This document shows, piece by piece, positions 34,008-45,500 of a stretch of DNA of 64,000 nt. The stretch covers positions 372,001-436,000 of the forward strand of contig NIVC01000158.1 in the NCBI GenBank assembly GCA_002269645.1, in the 5' to 3' direction. Each line of letters opens with the position of its first letter. The first letter of the stretch is position 1. Position numbers and translations under genes: made by a program. The notes beneath the pieces are model-generated. The model made no database searches, was not told the DNA's origin, and saw only the letters and a program-made list of their open reading frames with translations. The stretch is from Macrostomum lignano (Eukaryota).

Positions 34008-37000
34008 TTTAGATCATGGTAAATATATACCAAAATGAAAATTCTAGTTTTTTTCAATTTTACACAGATATAAGTTAATATTACACAGATATAAATAAAA
34101 AACTTTTTACATTAAAATTAAAATTAGACCTTTACTTACATGCCAACTTATTTAGAGACTATATTTCTTAGAAATAAAATAAAATATAAATATAAATAGG
34201 GCCTATTATAATTTTTACATTATATATCATAATTCATGATTTAGACTATTAAATAAAGTAGACAATTAATTAGAAAAACAAAAATTAACCTGTCTATCAA
34301 GTTTATCAATAGTAATAATCTGCTGTATTAATTTTTTAATATTGGTAAAATTGGATTAGGTCTAGATTTAATATGAAATTACACACCAAAAAGTTGCAAT
34401 TTTTTGTTTTATATGCTAGTGTAGATGCAAGAATTCTATTTTATATCATGATTTATTATAACTTCTATGACTTCTATAATCTTAAGTAAATATTTTTTAA
34501 ATAAGGTCTATATCTAAATCATTTAGACATAGATTTATAATCAAACAGTTATGAATAATATAGAAATGGAGGTATATATATAAGTTATATAAGTCATAGA
34601 AATGTTTGATAAACTTGAAATTTCACAAGGTCTAAATTGTAAATTATCAAAACTAAAAAAGTAGCCATTTTGATAAAATTAAAAATTTATAAGGTCAAAT
34701 TTTAACAAAGTTAAAAACTCCAACAACATCCAAAGATAGAGGTTAAATAGGAATGAAGTCATTGAATAGGATTGGAATTGGAAATATTTTTGGGGGAGGG
34801 TTAAGATTAGGATTGGGATTTAGTAATTATGATCAGGTCTTTTAGTGTACCATAGTTCATTGGTCCATATAGAATTATAGAGAAGATATACAATATAATA
34901 TAGACAAAAATATTACCTATTAAAGTACTGATAGGCATAGCTATGAGTATGTGTGCAAGACTTCTACTAGCCAAATTTTTATATTTTGTATGTTGAAGGA
35001 TTAATAAGTATATTAAATGTTTTAAATGTGCTAAAAATAAATGAAAAAAAATATATAATTAAGCTTAGTAAAGTACTAGAAGTTATTAATATTTAATTTC
35101 TTGGGTTTTGGATATTCAAAATAAAGGGCCTTATTGTTTATATACTTTTTTAAACATGATTTAAAATAGAAAAGGTAGAAAACAGACTAAGATATCTTAT
35201 CAATGCAAAAACTATTTTCAGTTTATATTACCAAATTATATTACCTACTTTTCAGGTCCCAAACAGTTGTCCAAGCACAAGCACTTTTTTGCTTGTTTCT
35301 ATAAAACATCATAGAAAACATTTAGTGCTGCCACTCACAACAAAATTATTTTTTGCGCAGGGAAAAAATGTGTAGGCAGAATTAGAAACCTAAGTTGATT
35401 ATTGTTAGTAAAATGAAGAAACAAATAAAGAAATTCAATCCAGCATGCTTTTTTCTTGTCATAATTTTTCCTCAGTCACAACTTTCAAATATTTTCATGG
35501 CTATAAAGCAATCAAATATAGCTGGTTTTATTCGACTTTCAAGAGGAAGAAAATATTGCAAACAACCAACCAAGAGAGTCACTGAATAATTAATTCAAAT
35601 TGTATGGCATTGTTAAATTGTCAAAACCTGAAATATTTCTAAAACTTTGTTTTAATCAAAAAGGCACATTTGTTGCCAAAACTATCCAAAACTAGTCTAT
35701 ATATCTAAATCTGAGCTTAGTAAGCTAATAGTTAAAAATTGGTCCAATATGCAAATTAAAAAACAGTTTGGATCAGTCCTTCCTCTTCTTACTGTCTGTG
35801 CCCTGAACCACAGTTGACGCCATGCTAGTGCTAGTGCACTTGCTCGAACTCTGACATGAAGGCCCCCCTGACTAGGTTCTGGCGCTCCTTTTGCAGGATC
35901 TCTTGCTTTTTTGCAATTGCTTGCTTGTCTTTTTTAGCACTACTTAGTAGATGCATTGCTTCTTTGCGCTTCTCAGCAGCTGTCTGCATGAGTTCTTGAA
36001 GCTGGCTCTCCTGTTCCACTACTGTTTGTAATAAACTTGCCAATGAATGCTTCGCAGCCTTCGCTGCCTCTGCCGCCTGCAGTTCTTTCTTTTTCTTCTC
36101 CTCTTCAGCTTTGCATTCCTTCCGTTGTTGTTCCAACTTCTTGTGATAATTGCATCGTGCTTCGAAACCACGCTTTATGAGTGAGTCATCAATTGGAAAC
36201 GTTTCTGCTGACCAGTCTCGGCTTGCGAGCCCTGACTTAAGCACCAGCATGGCGTGCAGCATTTCCTCCTGTAGGCAGTTACGTTCATTGGTTAAATTGG
36301 ATGTCAGGAGCTTCAGCAGGCGCTCCGTGTCTGCATTACCATGTGGTAGGCAGAGCGAGGAAAGAGCCAATTTACTCAAGGTTCGATACGATTCCAGATT
36401 GCTCATACTTAACCAGAAGCCCACAATGTTGCGAGTCTCCGAAAGTGTGCAATCAAAGGTGTTAATTCGGTCATAGATCCGCAGCATACGAGCTTCTGCT
36501 GCGACGGAGGCCACATCTTCAGTGATTACTGTTTTCATCACCTTCGCAACTGAGACAGCATTCTCCTCAAAGAATGAATTAGCTCGAGTGCTAGGATCAA
36601 GAAACGAAAGACTTCGCAGTAGTTTCGCCTGCTTATGATTTCCAACCGGCAAATAATGCAATAGCTTGTCAACAAGTGTTACATAGAAGTCCTTGACATC
36701 TTTGAAAAACATCAGACTGGCACCGCTCTCCAATTTGAAAATGCTGCTTCGAAGTGTTTCCTGGCTTGGGCGGAAGGTGGTTGACAGAATTTTTGAAATC
36801 GATCTGATGCACGGCTCTGCCTTCCATGGCTTCCTTTGAGACAAAGCGGACGAGAGCAGACTTGAACAGATCATCCATCTTCTGGAAAAGGGCATGAATC
36901 AGAGGTTCTTTCCTTTGAAAAAGAAGTTCGAACTTCTTGCACTGCTGCAGTGCATCCTGAAGAAATTGGAGTTTCGGGAGTGTGGTCTTGTTTGCAGTCG

Positions 37001-37765
37001 CAAGCTTGATACGCTTTAGTCGCAACTTGTTCTGCGTGTCTTCATTGGCGTCATCTGGAGCTTGGCTGAAGCGCTCCAAAGCAGGCCACACGACAAGAAG
37101 CCGACTGACGACTGGATGCAGCTGCAACCAGCGGGTCTCGACTAGCCGGAGTAGAAAAAGTTCCGGAACTTTTAACTCTCGTTGAATCACTTCAATACTA
37201 TTCCTTCGTTTGGCGTAGCGAAAGTAGTTGAAGAGGTCTTTGGCAAATTGCTCTACTTCTTCTCCCAGTGCAGTAACAGCATACTTGGTTGCATTGTGCA
37301 CATGGTGTAGTGAGCAACCGCCAAGATCGAGAATATGCTGAAGCCCAGGTTCCTTTCGCAGTTTTGCGATTGCACCACCCTTTTCACCTCTCATGGTGTT
37401 GCAGCTGTCGCACATGATTGCAAGCAGGTTCTTAAAAGGAACAACTCTCGCAACTAAGACGTCCTAAAGAAGTTTTTTCAGGACATCAGCTGTCTGCTCT
37501 GAGAGCTCATTGACACTTAAGCAAGTAGTAACGACCTCTTTCTTATATTGATCTAAATAGCGCACTAGAAAGGCAACGAAGGACCTGTTTCCTCTTGTCT
37601 TCTCATCGAGAAGAACCGAGAATGGGCAATTTGATAGCTTCTCAATTAGCATCGCCGTAAATTCTGATTCTAGTTCTTCAATAGTCAGGTACGTCGCCTT
37701 CATCCTGCCACAGGAAAAGTCTTTGCAATCGATGAATCAGGAAACATTCTCCTAAAAGTAGCTGC

Positions 37766-38117
37766 CGTAGCCCAGCGGTAGCGCAGCTGCTCTGGTGTGC
37801 CAGCGACCCAGGCTCGATTCCAAGTGCAGTCACATTAATTTGGGGCTGAATTAGAATCTCGGCTTGGCTCTGCTCGTGCAATTAACGCCCTTGAGAGCCA
37901 ACCCCCCAAGGCGCAGTGAAGTGTACATGCCTAACGATAAATAAAGTTAGGGCCGCTGTACACTCCTGTGTGATTGTGTGCCTGCGTACGTATCCGCGCG
38001 CTTGTGTGACTGCTCAGGGGAGTCGGCGGAATGGGCAGCAATGCCTCTCGCCGGTTGTGTGCCAATGTCGCTTAAAGTGCGCCAGGGTGCACACAACCCC
38101 CTGCCTCTAATAAAAAA
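37766..38117 (+). mobile_element. SINE family 2, near full length, inserted in the hAT transposase
   Basis: tRNA-like head with B box GGCTCGATTCC, A-rich tail, TSD AGCTGC. Removing it restores DSAATFRRMFPDS. Confidence 0.88.
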
Positions 38118-38285
38118 AGCTGCGGAGTCAGAGCTGGATGCAAAAGAAAAGTCGTGCTCCACCTGTCGAGTGACCCAAATGAGCTCAGACTGCAAAACAT
38201 CTTTTTGGTGCTTCGTAAAATTGCTATTTGGAGTTGCTGCAAAGAAGCTTGTTACAGGCTGACATTTCGACACTTCCCGTACCAG

Positions 38286-38455
38286 CATGCTTGGGCGCAA
38301 CCTAGGGATTCACCCGGCCGTTTCTATTGGCAACGCACACTGTCTTAGTAGTAGTCACGTAGTAGTAGTCACGTGACTGCTCTCAGCCAATAGCGACTTA
38401 CATGAGTGTATTGCCAATAAAACGGCCGGGTGATTCCAAAGGTTGCGCATGTAAG
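38286..38455. mobile_element. 170-bp hairpin MITE inserted in the hAT transposase
   Basis: About 55-bp imperfect inverted arms; flanking duplication CGTACCAG. Removing it restores KHKRLVREVSKC. Confidence 0.8.
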
Positions 38456-39346
38456 CGTACCAGGCGCTTGTGCTTCTCAGCTCTTGAGTGACTAATAAGC
38501 CGAGAGATGCCTCCCTGAGAGACATCAATGCTGGTCTTGCAGACAAAGCATTCCGCCTCTGTTTCCGTGTCAACGCGCTTGCACCAAGTCTTTATCAATG
38601 TTCCATTTGAGTCGGTCTGCTGGAGCCAATCGGACCGAAATTTTGTTTTCGCTCATAACAATTATTCTGAAATTGAGGCACATAATTAGTCCCAAGTGCC
38701 AAGTCAGGTGGCTAATTACTGAATTTTGATTGCAAGATAAGGACCTTTGCTCAAAGCACTCTAAGGCTTCTAGCATTGCAATAATGTAATTTTGTTCCTT
38801 TACAGTTTTTTGCACATTTAAAATAGAATACTAATAATTCCTCTTAAGTAGTATATATTGCTTTTTATATAATGTATGTATTTATGTGTGTATAAAAGTC
38901 ATTTGGATGTAAAAAATCGACTCAACACGGAGGGCTGATGAAAATAAGACGTAGGGGTGGCATTTCTACTTTAATTGGTAATTGATTCGAAAATTAACTA
39001 TTGAAGAAATCAGAGACCCACTTGAATTGTACTATTTCTCTCCCTTTTATGGTATTTGTACCGGCTATTTTAAATTTAATTTGCTAAAGTGCACTGTTTC
39101 TACCTATCTGCTAGATTAAATGTATCGAAATGCAGAATTTGATTGCAGTTAAGCCCTATTACTAAAATAATGATAGACTATGGATTCTCTGCATTCTCCT
39201 TTCCTGCTACTATGCGTACGTTCTGTTTTCATTCTCTATCTGCAATTGGCGAGTCTCATTGGCGTTTCTCCCCCCCCCCTCCTCCCTCCTGCCCTGTCTC
39301 TCTCCAATGCCTGCTCTGGTTAGAACGGCTCAAAAGGTTTGTGCAG

Positions 39347-39539
39347 CGAGCCGGTCGAGTCTCCGCGACCCCAGCCGCCGCCTCCGCCGCCGCCGCCACC
39401 TGACAGGCGCTACGACCCGGCTAATTACTCTCTGCGCCTGCGGCAGCTCAGCAGCAACACTAGCGGCGGCCCTACAGCAGCACCTGCTGGCATTCCCAAC
39501 GGCAAGCGCCAGCCGCCTCCACCGCCGCCCCCACCGCCT

Positions 39540-39572
<33 letters not shown>

Positions 39573-42500
39573 CGCGTGATCACGCCATCAAATTTTCACG
39601 CCCCACCGCCTGCAGCCGTTCTGGCAGCCATGGCCGAGGAAACTCTCATGGCTGCCGCTGCAGCCGCCGCTGCCGCAGCTTCAAACAACGACGGGAAGCG
39701 TCGTCATAGCAACGGATCGTTCGAAGGTGACAAACCCGTACCGCCGGACGTGTCGCTGATTAATAGCAGGCACTACGGCTCCACGTCGAGTCTGGAGGCG
39801 TTGCAGAAGACTATGAGCAAGGTTTGCGCTTTCAATTGGTGCTTTTCTTAAGTGGGTGGTAAATATGGGGATGGAAAACTCCGGCCTGCGAAGCCTCTCT
39901 ATCTGGCCTTCTAGTGCCTGCGCGTGAAAAGTGGTTTAGTGAGAGAGAGGAACGGCCATAGACAACAACAACAACAAGGGTTGGGGTAACTCCTGGGGTT
40001 CACGAGAAGCAGTCAAAGTCATTAGCCGAGGGCCTGCGCGTGAAAAGTGGTTTAGTGAGAGAGAGGAACGGCTATAGACAACAACAGCAAGGGTTGGGGT
40101 AACTCTATGGATGAAGGAATAGAAAGATTCGCTCATCTGAAAGCGAATCTATGGCCAAAACCTAAAAATTAGGATCCATGAATTTCATTGGCTGATGGAA
40201 TTTAATAATAGTACCCCCTAAGTTCCTACTAGCTGAAGCTTGTACGCGAAGGAAATTCCAAATCCAAAGTCACGATTAACGTTAGACATCTTTAACTTCC
40301 TCTGGGCCACGACGGCTTAGGGGAAAGAAATTAGCATTTCCCCCGGGTACAAGCATCAGCCATTAAGAACTTAGGGGAGACTTATTAAACTCCAGCAGCC
40401 AATAAAATTCATGAGGGGGAATATCCCAATTTTTAGAAAGTCTTGGCCATAGACTCGCTTTCAGATGATCGATCCTTTCTATTCCTTCATCCATGGGTAA
40501 CTCCTGGAGTTCACGAGAGACAGTCAAAATCATCAGCCGAGGGCCTGCGCGTGAAAAGTGGTTTAGAGAAAGGAACGGCCATAGACAACAGCAAGGGTTG
40601 GGGTAACTCGTGCGGTTCACGAGAGACAGTCAAAGTCATCAGCCTGCAATAATGCTTGTAGCTAGACCATGTGGCTCTTGTACTATCTTGTCTCCATTGT
40701 TGAATGTACGTACAAGCGTATATTGGATTTTTCTTGCACAAAGCAGAATGGGGAGGCTTCGGAATAAGCGAGCTAGATCTAGAAGCAGACACGAGCAGGT
40801 AGCAATTAAATAGATTGAGTATCGCCCTCTCGAGTATGTAGCAGGTGCTGCGCAAGGCTTCTGGAGCGACCAAGGGAAAAATATCACGGCGGGGAAGCTA
40901 TACAGTCAGATCCTGCTGATAAAGCGCGTAATTTCTCTGTGTAGCCTTCTTCCTGTTAGTGAGTTTGCCTTTGTGTTCCCAACAGTAACAAGACTGACTG
41001 ATTAATCTTCAAATACTTTCTAGCTCTGCATCCGTTTGACTCGGCCTGTTCGACTAAAAGGGGGGGTCACTAGGGAAGCTAGAAATTCAGTCAGTCAAGT
41101 CCGCTTGCTCAGCAGCTAGCTTTTTACTTTATGTCTGAGGGATTGCAGGATTACAGTATGCAAGTTATTAATTGAAAATGGCTTGCGAATAATTATAAGC
41201 ACACAATATAGATCGATTGATGTATCGATATAATACACCGAATAGTTCGCTACTAGGTACGTAGGACAAACCATAAACAGAGCAGATTGATATGTACACA
41301 CGAGATGGATATACATACAGAAGATGGATATATACATACAGAAGATGGATATATGCATACAGAAGATGGATATATACATACAGAAGATAGACCTATACAT
41401 ACAGAAGATAGACCTATGCACATAGTAGATGGATATATACACAAGATGGATATATACATACAGAAGATGGATATATGCACACAAGATGGATATATACATA
41501 CAGAAGATGGATATATACATACAAAAGATGAATATATACATACAGAAGATGGATATATGCACACAAGATGGATATATACATACAGAAGATGGATATATAC
41601 ATACAGAAGATTGATATATACATACAAAAGATGAATATATACATACAGAAGATGGATATATGCACACAAGATGGATATATACATACAGAAGATGGATATA
41701 TACATACAGAAGATGGATATATGCACACAATATGGATATATGCATACAGAAGATGGATATATACACGCAGTAGATGGGTATATGCTTAGAAATGAGTGCA
41801 ATTACGAGTAATAGATGTCAGTAAGCCCGAATAAATGCACCCAAGCCAGCCGCAGCTTCTCACCCGCAATCCACGCCAGGTTCGCATATCCGACGATGTC
41901 TCTATTGAGCCTAATAGGCAGCCGCCCCAGCATCTGCGCAATTCCCAACAACAGAAGCAGCAGCAGCAGCATCAACAGCATAGCAAGCTGGGTTCTCAGC
42001 AGCAACACCAGCAGCAGCAGTTGCTGAGCCCCTCCCGACCCGAGCAAGCCAAAGCCGGCAGTTTCAGCCTGTTTAAAAGCTTTCGCAAGAATAATTCTCT
42101 AAGCGAATTGGAGACTCCGGCTAGTCAGGCCAGGGCCAGGCAGCTGTTAGCCCACTGGGACTGCCAGAGCGCCGCATGGCGCGCCGAGGACCTCCTCGCT
42201 GCTGCCGCTGTCGCCTCCAGTTCCGCTGCCGCCGCCGCTGCGGCCACTGCAGCTGTTGATGGCTCCGGCGATTATAGCGCTGGCTTCGGCGGCGGCGGCG
42301 GTTCAACATCGTCTGGTGCGGCGTCTCCACTGCAGCCTCAGCAGCAGCCCCATCCTGGTGGCAAGCAGTCGCCGCAGCTGCCGCCGCCGCCTCCTGCGCA
42401 GCCGCAGCCGCCTAAGCGTCGCAACACGGGCGCTTCAGCCGCCGCCGTTGCTCAGGCCAGCGAAGACGGCGGCGACGAGACCAGCGGAGGCTGCGGTCGC

Positions 42501-45500
42501 TCCTCAGATGATTCCAGTGCAGTCGGCGGCAGCAACGGCGGAGCCTGCGGCCTGCTGCTCCGCTGTCCGCATTTCGTTAACGAGCTTGGCGGCGAGCCAG
42601 TCCGAGTCTGCGCCCACACCCGCCTGACCTGCTCGCGTGTCTACGCGGCCTCCGCTGTGCCGCCGCCCCAGCAGCCCCTGCTGCCGCCGTCGGCTAATTC
42701 AGCCTGTTTGCTAGCCCAGCCGCTGCCCGGACACTGTCCGGAATTCGCAGACCTTGGCGCCTGCTATTACAGGCAGCATTTCCGTACATTCGACGATCAC
42801 ACTAATTGGTTCGGTCAGGACCCGGACCTGGGACCCCTGGCTGTCAGCCTGCGCCGGGAGAAGATCAGCAGCCAGGATGGGCAGTACTCCGGTCACCTGT
42901 GGCGCGTCATCATTCGGAGCGGCGAGTTGCGAGCACTGCGCGGCTGCATCCTGGAGGAGGCGGTGCCAACCCACAGTCGCTATTCGGCTAACAAGGGCCT
43001 GCCGCCGCGCGACGTGCTGCACTTTGTGGCTCCCCAGCTGCCGCTGTCCTGCCTGCACCTGGGCCGGTCGGAGCCGCGCGTCTGGGACGATCTAGTGGCT
43101 ATAGATGAACAGGTGCTAATTAATAAAATCAAAGTTGGCGTGCTGTTGTGCAAGGCTGGGCAGTCAACGGAAGAGGAAATGTATAATAATGGTGAGATTG
43201 TTTAAACTTCTTTACCTGCCAGTTTTGCTCAATTCATGGACCTCTGGAGATCTGGACTGGACTCAACCGGGGATTGTAGCCTAGTGGTTAGAGCGTCAGA
43301 CTCGCGACTGAAAGGTCGGGAGTTCGATTCTCGACCCACTCGCTCGGAACAATCTGTGTCCTTGAGCAATAACCATCTCGTCAATACATTTTGCAGGGGT
43401 TTGCAGCCTAGTAGGGATTTGAAGCCTCGTAGGGGTTTGTAGCCTAGTAGGGGTTTGCAGCCTAGTAGGGGTTGCAGCCTAGTAGGGGTTTGTAGCCTAG
43501 TAGGGGTTTGCAGCCTAGTAGGGGTTTGCAGCCTAGTAGGGGTTTGTAGCCTAGTAGGGGTTTGTAGCCTAGTAGGGGTTTGTAGCCTAGTAGGGGTTTG
43601 TAGCCTAGTAGGGATTTGCAATCTAGTAGGGCTTTGTAGCCTAGTAGGGGTTTGCAGCCTAGTAGGGGTTTGCAGCCTAGTAGGGGTTTGTAGCCTAGTA
43701 GGGGTTTGTAGCCTAGTAGGGGTTTGTAGCCTAGTAGGGGTTTGTAGCCTAGTAGGGGTTTGTAGCCTAGTAGGGATTTGCAATCTAGTAGGGCTTTGTA
43801 GCCTAGTAGGGGTTTGCAGCCTAGTAGGGGTTTGCAGCCTAGTAGGGGTTTGCAGTCTAGTAGGGGTTTGTAGCCTAGTAGGGGGTTGCAGTCTAGTAGG
43901 GGTTTGTAGTCTAGTAGGGGGTTGCAGTCTAGTAGGAGGTTGCAGTCTGGTAGGGGGTTGCAGTCTAGTAGGGGTTTGTAGTCTCGTAGAAGGTTGCAGT
44001 CTAGTAGGGGGTTGCAGTCTAGTAGGGGTTTGTAGCCTAGTAGGGGGTTGCAGTCTAGTAGGGGGTTGCAGTCTAGTAGGGGTTTGTAGCCTAGTAGGGG
44101 GTTGCAGTCTAGTAGGGGGTTGCAGTCTAGTAGGGGGTTGCAGTCTAGTAGGGGGTTGCAGTCTAGTAGGAGGTTGCAGTCTAGTAGGGGGTTGCAGTCT
44201 AGTAGGGGGTTGCAGTCTAGTAGGAGGTTGCAGTCTCGTAGAAGGTTGCAGTCTAGTAGGGGGTTGCAGTCTAGTAGGGGGTTGCAGTCTAGTAGATTGC
44301 AGTCTAGTAGGGGGTTGCACTCTAGTAGGGGGTTGCAGTCTAGTAGGGGGTTGCAGTCTAGTAGGAGGTTGCAGTCTAGTAGGAGGTTGCAGTCTCGTAG
44401 AAGGTTGCAGTCTAGTAGGGGGTTGCAGTCTAGTAGGGGGTTGCAGTCTAGTAGATTGCAGTCTAGTAGGGGGTTGCAGTCTAGTAGGGGGTTGCAGTCT
44501 AGTAGGGGGTTGCAGTCTAGTAGGAGGTTGCAGTCTAGTAGGAGGTTGCAGTCTAGTAGGGGGTTGCAGTCTAGTAGGGGGTTGCAGTCTAGTAGGGGTT
44601 TGCAGCCTAGTAGGGGTTTGTAGTCTAGTAGGAGGTTGCAGTCTAGTAGGGGGTTGCAGTCTAGTAGGGGGTTGCAGTCTAGTAGGAGGTTGCAGTCTAG
44701 TAGGAGGTTGCAGTCTAGTAGGGGGTTGCAGTCTAGTAGGGGGTTGCAGTCTAGTAGGGGTTTGCAGCCTAGTAGGGGTTTGTAGTCTAGTAGGAGGTTG
44801 CAGTCTAGTAGGGGGTTGGTAACTGAGGGTGTGTGTGGCGACCCCCCAGTCCTTGGACTGAACAGCCGTACGCTGATATTAACAGCCGAAAACCTTACTA
44901 TCGGAGGAGGCCTAAATGGTGAATATGTGCAGGGCCGGCTTCCAATCCAGGTCTTTAGCTGTAGAGGTCCGTGATCTAATATTTGTGCTCCGCTTCTTTT
45001 CGTGCCAACGGTGCACCGTCTTATCAATTAATCAATAAATCAATGTTTCAGAGCACACCAGCCCAGCTCTGGAGGAATTTATGGAACTAATTGCTACTAA
45101 AGTTTCGTTGAAAAATTTCGACAAATTCAAAGGCGGTTTGGACTCGAAGTGTGAGTATAAGACTTGGCGTGACGCAAATGTGGTACCGCTGCTCCTACCA
45201 AACGCTGTATACAGAGGGGTCTAGTTCTGAGCATATATGAGCGGGGAAAAGGGCCGCAAATAATCTCCGACCCTAGCAACACGGGGGGGGGTTATTAATC
45301 CTTTTGACTTCATTCTCTTTTTCTTCATCAGCGGCAGCAGAATGCTCCTCACACACACATGCGTCTCCCTCTCTCCAGCCGACAAAGGAAAACGCGGGGG
45401 AGGGAGTGAGATTAAGGCGGGGCAAATGCAGGGCAGGTAAGAATGCGGGATGAGCTGAGAAAGGGAAGGAAGAGAACTGAGTGGGGATTTTCGAATGCGG

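Larger units (their letters stand above)
31760..35800. other. Very AT-rich, CpG-depleted domain of decayed repeats
   Basis: No CG dinucleotide from 33502 to 35355; TA-rich; contains a hAT MITE and a C-to-T mutated SINE. Confidence 0.85.
35831..38656 (-). pseudogene. hAT-superfamily transposase pseudogene (hATm-like), with nested insertions, a nonsense codon and frameshifts
   Basis: N-terminal WL..D.NG..WC..AECFVC..H..KH zinc finger, MFPDSSIAK.FSCGR.K, FSVLLDE, CDS..MRG, GGCSLH..HNA, TRWL, and the dimerisation motif LPHGNADTER. Confidence 0.88.

Noticed and set aside
31760-35800. AT-rich island as contamination, organelle DNA or horizontal transfer
   Set aside because: It contains a host SINE also found elsewhere in the window and a hAT MITE, and has no rRNA, tRNA or organellar ORFs that I can recognise.
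35323-38968. Candidate termini TAGnnnTGCCAC for the large hAT element
   Set aside because: The flanking 8-mers (AAAACATT and CTTTAATT) do not match, so the element ends are left uncalled.
43269-43345. tRNA-like sequences (also 28165-28238, 37766-37830, 52660-52728)
   Set aside because: The anticodon and acceptor stems are imperfect, and each is followed by a shared SINE body and tail, some with TSDs. These are SINE heads, not tRNA genes.
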